The position numbers and the translations under genes were made by a program. 64,000 bases of DNA from Octopus sinensis (taxonomy: Eukaryota): positions 54,684,001 to 54,748,000 of the forward strand of contig NC_043005.1 of NCBI RefSeq assembly GCF_006345805.1, given 5' to 3'. Within the stretch, counting starts at the first letter, position 1; every line of letters starts with the position of its first letter. Of the stretch, positions 40,938 to 53,787 are shown one piece after another. The notes below the pieces were generated by a model. That model ran no database searches and was not told the origin of the DNA. It saw only the letters and a program-made list of their open reading frames with translations.

Positions 40938-41262
40938 TATCCTCATCATCACCATCGTCATCGTCGTCATCGTCGTCATCATCATCATCATCATCATGAT
41001 TATCCTCATCATCACCATTGTCATCGTCGTCATCATCATCATCATCATCATCATTATCCTCATCATCACCATCGTCATCGTCGTCGTCGTCATCATCATC
41101 ATCATCACATCATCATCATCATTATCTCATCATCACCATCGTCATCGTCGTCGTCGTCATCATCATCACCCTACTTGAAAACAAGATGTGGACTCAATGA
41201 GCACAGTCTAAAAAAAAAATGCACGCATTCATAATATGAGGCTAGATTCACATTTCGTTTGT

Positions 41263-41312
<50 letters not shown>

Positions 41313-41463
41313 TATCCTCATCATCCCATCGTCATCGTCGTCATAGTCGTCATCATCATCATCATCATCATGATTATCCTCATCATCACCATTGTCATCG
41401 TCGTCATCATCATCATCATCATCATCATTATCCTCATCATCACCATCGTCATCGTCGTCGTCG

Positions 41464-41497
<34 letters not shown>

Positions 41498-41646
41498 TAT
41501 CCTCATCATCACCATCGTCATCGTCGTCGTCGTCATCATCATCATCATCATCATTATCCTCATCATCACCATTGTCATCACCATCGTCGTCATCACCATC
41601 ATCATTATCATCATCATCATCATCATCACCATCGTCATCGTCATAA
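40792..41646. repeat. Tandem duplication of a ~100-bp unique block plus a higher-order (ATC/GTC) minisatellite
   Basis: CCTACTTGAAAACAAGATGTGGACTCAATGAGCACAGTC... occurs at 40792 and 41170. The unit ATTATCCTCATCATCACCATCGTCATCGTCGTC(ATC)n recurs about every 55-65 bp. Confidence 0.9.
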
Positions 41647-42169
41647 TTTAACATCTGTTTTCCATGCTGATTTGGTTAGGATGGTTTAACAGGAGCTGGC
41701 CAGGCTCCAGTTGTCTGTTCTGGTATGGTTTCCATGGCTAGACACCCTTCTTAACATCAACCACTTTACAGAGTATGCTGGGTGCTTTTCCTATGCCACC
41801 AACAAGGGTGCTTTTCATATGCCACCATCAGAGGTGCATTTCATGTGGCACTGTCTTGAACACATTTTCTGTGGTACCAGCACCGGCAAAACAAATAGTT
41901 CACAGCTGGGAGAGGGAGTTGGGGTGAGACATGCCTGTGTGTATGGATGGCTGTGATTTTACTCAGCTTGACATGCCTTCTCGAGTATAACAAATCACCA
42001 CATATTCTACGTACATTTTGCCATGCTAGCATGGGTTAGATCAGTAATTCAAATTCTGCCGAGGCTGACTTCGCCTTTCATCCTTTTAGAATCACTAAAG
42101 TAAGTACCAGTTGTGTACTAGAGTACATCATCATCATCATCATCATCATCATCGTCATCATCATCATCG

Positions 42170-42232
<63 letters not shown>

Positions 42233-42242
42233 CCATCATTAA

Positions 42243-42282
<40 letters not shown>

Positions 42283-42286
42283 TATT

Positions 42287-42753
42287 GCATTTGCCCAGCT
42301 TCTAAAGCTGGAGATGTACTACAGTGTCAGCTGTTCACTACCAGTGAACTAAGGTAACACCTCTTATTATTCGAGCACCATCTGCAATATTTGAGCGGTC
42401 CCAAGCAGTGCTGCTTTCTGCAAGTGCTCCACCCTTATTGCAGCCCCTATTTGTTCCATGTACTTCTCGAGATTTTTGCTCACTGTTTCCAGGGCTCTGA
42501 CAGTTATTGGTACTACTGCTACCTTTTTCATCGACCACAACTGCTTAACTTCCCAAGGTAACCTGTCAAATCTCTTGACTTCTCTTTCTTCCTTATTGCA
42601 TACCTTGTTGTCAGCTGAGCATGCTAATCTATGATCCAGCATAGTTTGTTTTCTTTCTCAATTAAGATTATGTCTAGCTTCCTATTCTTAATCTCATGGT
42701 CGCACTGAATCATAAAATCCCATAGGATCTTTGCATTTCTATTTTCTTATTTC
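42287..42753 (-). pseudogene. R4/Dong-like LINE 3' fragment in (TAA)n
   Basis: KILWDFMIQCDHEIKNRKLDII..., VKQLWSMKKVAVVPITVRALETVSKNLEK...LQKAALLGTAQIL. A ~45-bp piece of the same 3' end lies at 61947-61990, also in (ATT)n. Confidence 0.85.
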
Positions 42754-42788
42754 GTTATATTATTATCATTATTATTATTATTATTATT

Positions 42789-42832
<44 letters not shown>

Positions 42833-43539
42833 TAAAGATGTAAAACATTGTACTGAATTCCTATCCAAAACCAAGAAATTAAGAGAAAAATATATTTCAA
42901 AGTATTGTGTTATAAGCTTAAAGAATTTTACCATAGAACTTCTATTATAATTATTATAATATAAATGGCAAAGCTGTTGAATATTTGTGTTGTCACATAG
43001 CAACCTTATAACAAAGAAGACAAGAGGAAAGTATTTATTTCACTAGTTAGATATATATATATATGATAAATATAACTCACATTAATCAAATATACTGTAT
43101 GACTTGTGGCAGAAACGTCTATGAAGAACTTCTTTCTAAAAGCATGAGATATCTATCTCAGCTTTTTAAATATTCATACCACTCTCTTTGTATTACATTC
43201 TGTAGTCACTTTCCATGATGAAGTTATATCAGGCTGCAAATAAAACTTATTTGTAGAAGTAGCAGAAGTGCTAGTGGTTACAGAACTAAACTATCAGTAA
43301 TAATGCAGTTATAACCGAGAGTTTATAGTAATGATAATGAAAATTATAGACTTGTGCTTGTTTGGTAAGTGCTGGGAAATTGTGTCAGTGACCATGTTAC
43401 TGGAGTACATCGCATCTTATTGACAACATTTCATAATAGCTAGTACTTAATAAATAAACAAGAATTGAAGATGGTGGTTTTTTGTGTGCTCTTAAATGGT
43501 TGACTCTTCCACAATGTAATAACAATAATATATGATGAT

Positions 43540-43574
<35 letters not shown>

Positions 43575-43599
43575 GAAGAAGAAGAAGAAGAAGAAGAAA

Positions 43600-43655
<56 letters not shown>

Positions 43656-44200
43656 GTGCCTTGATGCAGTACCAGGCAGTGGCTCTCATGGCTTCTGGTT
43701 TTAACTGGCTGGAAGTGTTGTCATGTACATTGTTTTGTCTTAGTATAAAAGATGGACTACAGCAAATATTCTGCTCAATACCATAGATTTTCTAGTCAGT
43801 TGTTTGACCTTAACCAGTAGAGCATGTCCCTTTGTGGCTGACGATATGTGCATCTCTGATCACGAGCAGAAGTAGTGGGGGAGCATCATAGCCATGTGTT
43901 GAGAGGAGTTATTTGAGTTTTAAATACTTCACCTCTGGAAACACGGGTGTTTCTTTCAACATCCTTAAACAACCCTTATTTTGGTCCTTTTAAGCGAGAT
44001 GGGCTACTCGACCAGAAGAAAATTCTAACTGGGCCCTACCTGCAAGGCCATGTGCTGTTTATCTTGATATGAAATCACCATGTCATGCACTTATGGTTGT
44101 GATGCATGTGCTTTATCAGATGGGTGGTCATTATGGGTATATTGGGCTTCGTATATTTTACCCCAGTGTCACTTTGATGGCATGCCCTGCTCTCTCACTC
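43656..44200 (+). mobile_element. Family E element, full length
   Basis: Begins GTGCCTTGATGCAGTACCAGGCAG after (TAA)n and ends CTCTCACTC(AAT)n. Confidence 0.85.
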
Positions 44201-44233
<33 letters not shown>

Positions 44234-44617
44234 CTTTTATACTATAGGCACAAGGTTTGAAACTTTGGGGGAGGGAGCCTGTCAATCACATCAACTCCAG
44301 TACTTATTTTATCAACCCCGAAAGGATGAAATGCAAAGTTGATCTCAGCAGAATTTGAACTAAGACCATAAGGATGGTTGAAATGTCGCTAAGAATTTTG
44401 CCCAGAATGCTAGCAATTCTGCCAGCTCACCATCTTAATAAGACCTAAAATTTTGCAGGGAGAGGATTAATCAATTACATCAGCTCCAGTGCTCCAGTGG
44501 TACTTCTTTTATCAACCACAAAATGATGAAAGGCAAAGTCAACCGTGGCAAAATTTTGAAGTCCGAACAGATGTAATACTGCTAAGCATTTTGCCTGGCA
44601 CTCTAATGACTCTGCCA

Positions 44618-45004
44618 CAGGTGGAGCCCAGTTAGAATTTTCTTCTGGTCGAGTAGCCCATCCCGCTCAAAAAGTCCCTGAATAAGGATTGTTTAAGGAT
44701 GTTGAACGAAACACACATGTTTCCAAAGGTGGATAATCCAAACCTCCAAGAATTCCTTTCAACACACGGCTATGATGCTCCCCCATTACTTCTGCTTGTG
44801 ATCAGAGATGCATATATCGTCAACCACTAAGAGACATGCTCCACTGGTTAAGGTCAAATAACTGACAAGCAAATCTGTGGTATTGAGCAGAATATTTGCT
44901 GTAGCCCATCTTTTATACCCAGACAAAACAATGTACATGATAACACTTCCAATCAGTTAAGACCAGAAGCCATGAGAGCCACTGTCTGGTACTGCATCAG
45001 GGCA

Positions 45005-45005
<1 letters not shown>
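44618..45005 (-). mobile_element. Family E element, partial, inverted relative to 43656-44200
   Basis: Reverse complement of ~43656-44043; same terminus against (TAA)n. Confidence 0.85.
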
Positions 45006-45054
<49 letters not shown>

Positions 45055-45095
45055 TATTATTATTATTATTATTATTATCATTGTTATTATTATTA

Positions 45096-46320
45096 TGTTA
45101 GTGCATGCTTATTTAGTTAGCCTGTATTTTATCTTGATGTTTGGTGACAAGTCTTCTCAAATCTCAAGACACTTCTTTAAGATTCTTGTAGAAAATAGAA
45201 TGGTATTTTACTGCAGGTAAACAATGTGAGTTTCAGTTCTAATCACTTTCAGTCTTTTAGGTAGCATTTTGGCTGTTGTGCCAAGTATGCCAATTGCTAC
45301 AGGAATAATTGAGGCATTTAGTAACAGACCATCATAAGTGCCACATCTTAAAACCAAGGAAAATGCAGTCAAAGTTGCATGACTTTCAGATTGTGATATC
45401 TTGGCAAGAAATGAAGTTAGAAAGCTGATTTCTGGTCTTAAAATGACCGCGAAGACCTCCCCTCTTCTAATCATTTTACCTGTGTAAAATTATTTATTCA
45501 TGTGTGCATCTGAACAATGAAATAATGACTGAGTATTTCTCATTTTGTAGAATATACCAGTACTACAAAACGGTGTATTGCATTGCATATTTTAGCCATA
45601 ATACCTAGAAAAACACATACAAAAACCCTCCAAAGGTATTGTTCATGTTTTGATATACCAAAGTAAGTATATTTAAGAGGTAAGACATGATAGTAAGATA
45701 ATAACCCATTATTATTGTTATGATGGTAAGAAGGGATATTAGAAAATGAGCCATAACACCCCCAAAGACAATACAGGGACCACACCAAAGTTACTGATTG
45801 AGCGTGTGTTACTAAACTTTCTGGTCCAAGTTTGGGTGAGTGAGTGTCATATCAATAGAGTCGAGGTACAATTTTTTTCAGCCAAATTTTCAACCTTATT
45901 GCAAGCTGCACCGGTTCTTCCTCCCAACTTTTTCATATTCTAGACATCAGACAAAGAAAATGATATACTAACCTTGAAAATGGCCAGTGTGGCACTTACG
46001 ACACTGTATTACTAAATTCTTCAATTGTTGTCTGGATCTTCCACAGTCTCCTCAGATCACTGGCTAGATCTTGATATTTCCTGAATTTTTCAAATCTCTT
46101 TGGAATCAATTCTGCTATCACTGGGAATTGCAAAATCTATGATTTTACGCCATTTGTTTATTTTGACTTCATAATCATATACAGTCTTCCTGTTTCACTA
46201 GTAAGATCAGTTTTTATGAGAAATCCCACAAGATCTTGCTATTCCCATTTTCTATCACACCCTTTGGTTTGGGCTCATACCATTTTCCTGTTGTTTTAAA
46301 ACCAAACACTCAGCAATTAA
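45096..46320 (-). pseudogene. R4/Dong-like LINE 3' fragment split by a DNA transposon
   Basis: KWYEPKPKGVIENGNSKILWDF...IIDFAIP...KYQDLASDLRRLWKIQTT | IIPVAIGILGT...LQ. The frame is continuous once 45311-46022 and one AATT are removed. Confidence 0.85.
45311..46022. mobile_element. Non-autonomous TIR DNA transposon with 4-bp TSD (Sola-like)
   Basis: AATT duplicated at 45307-45310 and 46023-46026. TIRs GAGGCATTTAGTAACAGACCATCATAAGTGCCACA vs reverse complement GAAGAATTTAGTAATACAGTGTCGTAAGTGCCACA. GAG terminus plus a 4-bp AT-rich TSD fits Sola; the superfamily call is tentative. Confidence 0.75.
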
Positions 46321-47692
46321 AGGATGATGAATTGACAGGGTCATCAGGGCACCAGACAAAATGCTTTTTAATATTTCATCTGACTAAGGTGGCAAATAAG
46401 TAGAATCATTAGCACACCAGGTAAAATGTTTAGCCGCATTCTGAGTTTGAATTCTGCTGGGATCAACTTTGCCTTTCATCGTTTTGGAGTTGATGAAATA
46501 AACATCATTTGAACATGGATCAGTGTAATCGACTTATTCCATTCCCTGAAACTGCTGGCCTTGTGCCAAAATTTAAAATCAATATTTCATCTGACTGTAG
46601 TAGCAAGCTGAAAGAATCATTAGCATGATTCATATAGATACTAATGACTGCATACATACACAAATTTCTCTCTTTAGTCTCTCTCCCTCTCTTTCCCACT
46701 CTCTCTCTCTTTCTCCCTTGCTCCCACTATATGTATATATGTATGCACATATATCAATATATATATATATATATATATACATATATATGCTTGGCAGCAT
46801 TTTGTCCATCTTTATGTTCTAAGGTCAAATTCCTTCAAGGTCAGCTTCACCTTTCATTCTTTCAGAGTTGATGAAAAGAGTATCAGTTGACCACTGACAT
46901 CAATGTAATAGACTTATCCCATCCCCTGAAATTACTAGCCTTGTGCCAAAATTTGTTACCAATATTTCATGACTCACTGCTCTTTAAGTCCAAATCCTGC
47001 ATAGACCAATTTTACCTTTCATCTGTCAGGTGTTTATTGAATATATCTGATGAAATACATAATCTATTATTTTTATTAGTAACAACAGAAAAGACACCAC
47101 AAAATTGCCCACCCTTCCCTGAGACCAGTTAGATCAACTAAACTACTCTTAAGTTGATCCAATGCAGTGGGATTAAACCTGAAACTATATAGGTGAAAAT
47201 TAAACTTCTTAACTACTCAGCTGTCCCTTCTACACCCATAATCATAACTGAACCTATTTATTGCCTTTTTCCCAAGAACATTAACTTAAGTATTGAGATG
47301 ACACTAAAGCAGTGCTACCAATATGATTTGAACCCTTCACCATTCAATAATCAATTGCCAGTAACAGTAGTTTTATTATTACTGTGGCAATGTTTCATAA
47401 AAAAAAATCTATTCACATTAATATCAATGACTACATTATCCTATTTATATGCATATGTGTGTGTGTATCTATGCACGTATATATATATATATATATTTAT
47501 GTGTGTGTGTGTATGTGTATAGAAACATATAAATATACACTCAACTATATCTATCTATCTGTGTATATGTGTGTGTATAAGTATATATGTATGTGTGGTG
47601 AATATATATATATATGTATATATATATACATATATAGATGTGTGTATGTATATAGTATATATATATGTATATATATATGCATATATATATGC

Positions 47693-47729
<37 letters not shown>

Positions 47730-47929
47730 ATATTATGTATGTATATAGTATAATGTATATATGTATAATACATATTCATATAGACACTAATGACTGCATA
47801 CATACCCAAAAATTCTCTCCTTTAGTCTCTCTCCCTCTCTTTCCCACTCTCTTCTCTTCTCCCTTGCTCCCACTATATGTATATAGTATGCACATAATCA
47901 ATATATATATATATATATAATAACATATA

Positions 47930-47974
<45 letters not shown>

Positions 47975-48400
47975 AATATATTAATATAAATACACACACA
48001 CACATTCATGTACTATATATGTACGTATGTATGTATGCATGCAGGTATGTAAGTGTGTGGGTTGTGCGTGTTTATATGTAGTATGTATGTATGTATGTAT
48101 GTATGTATATACTTAAGGGGACGAAATCTTGGTGTGATGAAGATAGAAGCATAAGAGACAGACAAAATTACATACAGAAATATACACTTGAGAATTAGGA
48201 GGTAACTTCTGTTCAAGGTGTAAAAGATGAAACACAAAATGTGAGTGTGTATGTGTGTGTGCATGTATGCATATGCATGCATATATATATATATTAAGAT
48301 ATATATGTAAATGTGTGTGAGTGTGTTTGTGTGTGTGTATGTGTGTGAATATATATATATATTTACATGTTAGTATGTTTATATATGTAAATATGTAATG

Positions 48401-48439
<39 letters not shown>

Positions 48440-48444
48440 TATAT

Positions 48445-48498
<54 letters not shown>

Positions 48499-48913
48499 AC
48501 TATATATATATATATATACATATGTATGTGTAGATAGTTGTATGGTCTATGTATATATATGTATGTACGTATATAAACACACACACACACACACACTCAT
48601 ATATACAACATGAAAGAAATGGAAAAATATTGTATGATTTATTAAATAACCACAACTGAATGTATTGAATAAAAATCAACACACAATCAGATTCACACGC
48701 ACATTTGTGTGTGTGCGTGTGCATACATACACTCACATACACACCCTAAAGCATTGAGCAGCATAAGTTAGCCAAAAAATTCAAGAAAAAAATACTGAAA
48801 AAATGTATATATATATATATACTCTGCAGTTAAGTACCAAAACAATTCACTGCCAATATCAATTAGAATTGGTAATAAAATACTAATAAAATGACTAGCA
48901 AGCAAATACTTAC

Positions 48914-48978
48914 TTAGTTAATGACTTTGACATTGTAATTATCTTGCTGTTAATGAAGACTGCAGTGTTAGTTTGAAG
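48914..48978 (-). other. Possible 65-nt exon on the minus strand
   Basis: TTTGATTTCAAAATTCAG acceptor and AA|GTAAGTAT donor; reads LQTNTAVFINSKIITMSKSLT. No partner exons found. Confidence 0.2.
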
Positions 48979-49345
48979 CTGAATTTTGAAATCAAATGTG
49001 CTGAGTTCTTTTTCTTTTTTTTTTGGTTGGTGGGGGGGGAGTTGATTTGCTTTGTTTTTAGTTTTTTTGTTTGTTTGTTTCTTTTTTATTTTTTGGTTGG
49101 GAGTTGGGTCCTTCAGTTTCTCTTTAAAAAAGCTAGAATTTGTTGACATGAACAAAATATGGCCTAGCAGGCAGGATATTCATACAGTGCCACCTGTATT
49201 ATAAATTCAAATTCATTACAAGCACTTAGGGTAAAGGTGCATGGTTTAATGTTTTGGGTGTTAGGCTCATGATCATAATGTTGTGGAACATAAACCCAAC
49301 TATTTTGCTCAAGGAGACACTGTGTCACTCAATGATTCCCTAGAG

Positions 49346-49893
49346 CAGAGGGTCTCAAACATTTTGGGTCATTGCCACTGCTCTGAATGGCCACATAATA
49401 CCCTCAGCGCCCCCACCTTTATTTTTATGTATAAATAGATATTTTATTACGGAGATGTACTTGCATTGCAAGTGATCTGATCTGAGTTCATGTGCTGGAA
49501 CGAAAACAATTGCAGTGTGGAAGGTGTTTATAAGCCATTTAAGAAACACGCAAAAACCGTTAGACTCACTTCAACATTTAAATTTAATTTGTCAGAATAT
49601 TTTCATCGCTTTGAGACCACAACCTGTTCACTGACAAAATTCCGTGCTGCAATGTTTTAAATATTTTATACTTTACTAATTTATATATACTGTAAATCAT
49701 TTGATATTTAATATAATATTATATAATTTGTATACAATCCTATAATAATATTATAATAAATTCATAGCATCCCCAAATCTACTGCCTTCCTCCAAGCCTC
49801 CTTTTTCTCTACTGCCTCCTTAGACACCAGCACCCACCTGGACCGTCTCAACACCCACCGGAGGGACGGTAGCGCCGACTTTGAGAACCTATG
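49346..49893. mobile_element. hAT (Charlie-like) MITE
   Basis: Perfect 8-bp TSD CCCTAGAG (49338-49345, 49894-49901); TIRs CAGAGGGTCTCAAA vs reverse complement CATAGGTTCTCAAA. Confidence 0.88.
49588..49638 (-). ncRNA. Minimal type I hammerhead motif, G3-C8 core variant
   Basis: tttgtca-GTGAACA-g-gttgt-ggtctcaaa-gcgat-GAAAATATTC^tgacaaa: 7-bp stem I, 5-bp stem II with G.U pairs, AATATT palindrome in stem III. Lies in a ~200-bp segment (49450-49650) inside the hAT MITE. Confidence 0.7.
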
Positions 49894-49980
49894 CCCTAGA
49901 GTAAATAGTAAATAGTAAATTGTGCCCTTGAACAAAACACTTTGGCTCACCTTCCTGTAGTCTGATCAATTATAAGGAGT

Positions 49981-50221
49981 ACTATTTGAGTATTGGGCTG
50001 GTTCTCTTACCATTCAGCTGTCGCATCCTAGATGTTTCACTGAATTGCAGGTGAGAGGGTTGAGAATGTGCCTGCATCTGTTCACATAGGAAGTAATCTT
50101 CTTGTCTACTTAGCTATAAAAAGGACTATTTGAGTCATGGGTTTGTCCTCTCATTATTCATCTGTCACATCCTAGATGTTCCACTGGGTTGTGAGAGGGT
50201 GTACATATGTTCACATAGGAA
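49981..50221. repeat. Diverged two-copy tandem duplication (~145-bp period)
   Basis: ACTATTTGAGT...CATCCTAGATGTT...GTGAGAGGGT...TGTTCACATAGGAA at 49981-50092 and 50126-50221. Confidence 0.8.
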
Positions 50222-51650
50222 CCTAAAACAATTAGCACACACCTGGTAAATGCTACCCAAGGCTTATTTATTTACAAATGATGGCTATAGTAGTTTTTAT
50301 AGTCTTATGCATGTAATTATCAAAAATATGTAAGGTAGAACTTTTTTTGTTGTTTTTGTAAACCTTCTTGAAATTCATGTCTTCCTACAAAGAAGCCACC
50401 TGCCAACGTGGCCTTTTTATGATGAACTCTCCTGTCGAAGATGATGTATGAGTGTTCAGCTTTTGCTGAACGACTTGCACAAATGATTTGTTTATAGTGA
50501 TCAAATGTTCATGCCACACATTAACTTGCTCTCTCCATCAAATCAATGTTATCTGAACAGGTGCACGGTGTACCACACATCAGGTGTCGAATTGATTGCA
50601 GAACAATGTGAGATGAAGTATTTTGCTCAAGAACACAATGCACCACCCAGTCTAGGAATTGAAAACATGATCTTATGATTGTAAGAGCAACACCCTAACC
50701 ACTAAGCCATGTGCCTTTTTATATTTGTATATCTACTCATAAATTTCTGTCTCTCTAAATATATATACACACACGCACAAACACGCACACATGTATATAT
50801 ATATATATATATATATATACACAACACACACACACATACATACATACATACATACATACATACATACACACATACATACATATATATACAGAGCGAAAGA
50901 GAGAGAGAGAGGCACAGGCGTGGCTTTGTGGTAGGAAGCTTGCTTTCCAATTACATGGTTCTGGGTTCAGTCCTTCTGTGTGGCACCATGGGCAAGTCTC
51001 TTCTACTGTAGCCTCGGGCAGACCAAAGCCTTGTGACTGGATTTTATAGATGTAAACTGAAAGAAGCCATTCATGTATATGTGTGTGTGTGTGTGTATAT
51101 ATTTATGTGAATGTCTGTGTTTTTCCCCATGCCACTGCCTGACAACCTATGCTGGTTTGTTTATTTCCCTGTTACTTAACAGTTCAGGAAAAGAGACCAA
51201 TTGAATAAGTACTAGATTTAAAAAGAATAGGTCCTGGGGTTGATTTCTTCAACTAAAACCCTTATAGCGATGCTCCAGCATGGCCACAGTCGAATGATTG
51301 AAACAAGTAAAGAAATAAAACAATATATATATATATATAATATATGGAGCACTCTGTCGGTTGCAACGACGAGGGTCCCAGCTGATACAATCAATGGAAT
51401 AGCTTGCTCATGAAATTAACGTGTAAGTGGCTGAGCACTCCACAAACACGTGTAACCTTAACATAGTTCTCGGGGAGATTCAGCATGACTCAAAGTGTGA
51501 CAAAGCTGGCCCTTTGAAATACAAGTACTAGTCATTTTTGCCAGCTGAGTGGACTTGAGCAATGGGAAATAAAGTGTCTTGCTCAAGGACACAATGCACT
51601 GCCAGGAATTGAACTCACAACCTTACGATCATGAGCCAAATGCCCCTAAC

Positions 51651-51681
<31 letters not shown>

Positions 51682-52494
51682 ACTTATGTTCTTTGAGCCG
51701 CTGAGCAAGCTTTTTTATTTATGTTAATTTAGAAATTATGCAACTATATAATATAATTATATTGCATACATTAATACAGGCAGGTAAAATAATTTATCAT
51801 TGTACACTAAATTAAATTGTTTTTATTTGATAAAGGATATGAAATGATCATAATTATTTGAATGTCTACTGGTAAGATAAACATATTCATCCTATACTTC
51901 CTCTCTTTCTTTATATTTTATGTGTGGTGGTGGTGGTGTGTGTGTGTATGTGTGTTGGTGTACATATTTGTATACACACACAACAGGATTCTTCAGCTTC
52001 TGTCTTCCAATTTAACTCACAATTCATTGGTTGACCCACGTCTATTGAATAGAATACCAGCCAACAACACTCAGTGAAAGCGCAATGGCCCAGTGGTTAG
52101 GGCAGCGGACTCGCGGTCATAAGAACGTGGTTTCGATTCCCAGGCTGGGCAGTGTGAGTGTTTATTAAGCAAAAACACCTAAGCTCCACGAGGCTCCAGC
52201 ATGAGTCCTGATTGGAAGAAGAACAACAACACTTATGCAAAGGAACTGAACCTCAAGCAAGCTTCCTAACCTTACAATTCATGACTGTGACCATAATTAC
52301 AATAAGTAGTTTTGACAATGATTTTATCTTCTGCTCTTAGTTTTGACGTGTGTATATTGAAGGCAGAAAATAAAATAAAATAAATGAAATGAAGACATTG
52401 GTTATTATAATAATGGATAATTGAGGAAGCAAGCTTGCAGAATAATTAGCATGCCAGACGAAATGTTTATTGGCATTTATATCTTATATGAAAG

Positions 52495-53470
52495 AAGTTG
52501 TTGTATACAGTGGTCAGGTGCACTACAACAAAGAAAAAAGAAAAAGAAATCCATCAAGTGTACTGTTGGTGGATTTCAGGAAGAATGGAAGTTTTAAAGG
52601 ATGTAGTGTCTCGACAGCTAACGACTGATATGGGTGGTTTATTCCATTCTTCTCTGAACGGGAAAAATGTTTCTGAAAGTCATAGGTGCTGTGTTGTTTT
52701 TTGATTTTGTGTGCATGTCCACGAGTGTTTGACATATGGAATTCAAAAAGGTAGCCAAGGTTGTTGTTGGAAAGATTGGTGGATAATCTTGTGGGTAACT
52801 ACCAAGTCAATTGCCAGACATCTGAGTTTCAATGTGTCCATGCCCAGGGAAGCAATACGTTCAGAGGATGGTAGATGCCTGACAGCAGGTACTTGTTTTC
52901 TTGCGTGTTTCTGAACAGTTTCCAGAAGATTTAGGAGATTTATATGCTGAGCAAGATAAGGGTTCCAGATTGGTGATGTAAATTCTAAGTGTCGAAGTTT
53001 CATTGCCAAATTCAGTTTTAAATAAATAGCTGGAGAGCAGCTGACAAAGGTCTTACTGAGTGATGCTAGGACACCCTCAGCCTTCTTGACAATCTTAGAG
53101 ATGTGGTTTGTCTAATGCAGACCATTGTTTACAATGATACCCAGATCATGTTCACTAGAAGACTTCTTGAGATTGGTGTTGCTGAGGGAGTACGTAAAGG
53201 CTGAGTTTTATCTCCCAAAATCACGGTGATGCACTTTTCCACTACTAGCTTGAGGTATATCAGTCAGAAATCCATTGCTGCATTGTATCCAGGTCTGATT
53301 GCAGGAAAGATCTATAGTGCATAGGATCTGTTCTTTTTATTTTGAGGTACAGCTTGATGTCATCTGCATATTTCAACACTGTAACATTCCTCAAATTGGT
53401 ATCTATGTCATTAATATATGCAACAGACAGTATGGTCCAAGAACGGCTCCCTGTGGTACACCAAAAATCA
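52495..53470 (-). pseudogene. CR1-like LINE reverse transcriptase 3' fragment
   Basis: GVPQG, AYINDID...VLKYADDIKLY...LQSDLD, LEFTSPIWNPYL...LETVQK, NTRGHAHKI; frameshifted. Confidence 0.9.
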
Positions 53471-53787
53471 TCTCGTAGGGTGAAGAATGATATCCTTCTT
53501 GCTTTATCTTCTGAGCTCAAATTCTGCCAAGGTTGATTTTGCCTTCCATACTTTTTAGATTGATAAAATGAGTATAAGTCAAGAGTTAGGGTCAATTAAC
53601 CCACCCTCCTCCCATACACACACAAATTCTAGGAAGAATCATACTAGTGGATAATGCTATCAAACACTTATTCTAATAAAAATTAGTGGGGCCCAAATAT
53701 GCCCTGGATATTGTTCAGTCCTCTGCTTAATGTTATCAAGCAATAATTTTTATCTGAGAGTGATTACAATATGTAATTGCCACTGTA

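Noticed and set aside
40797-41654. Poly-His/Ser/Asp ORFs and a regularly spaced repeat resembling a CRISPR array
   Set aside because: It is a trinucleotide-derived minisatellite with no unique spacers and no cas genes, in a eukaryotic context.
43091-43123. CTGTATGA...GAAACGTC motif
   Set aside because: The core has an insertion, stem II does not form, and there is no repeat context.
45330-45480. Exon-like minus-strand ORF with acceptor TTTTACACAG
   Set aside because: It lies inside the TIR element and runs into LINE sequence; not supportable as a host exon.
52078-52155. tRNA-Arg-like sequence
   Set aside because: A and B boxes are present, but the acceptor and anticodon stems do not pair well and it continues into a SINE body; treated as a SINE head.
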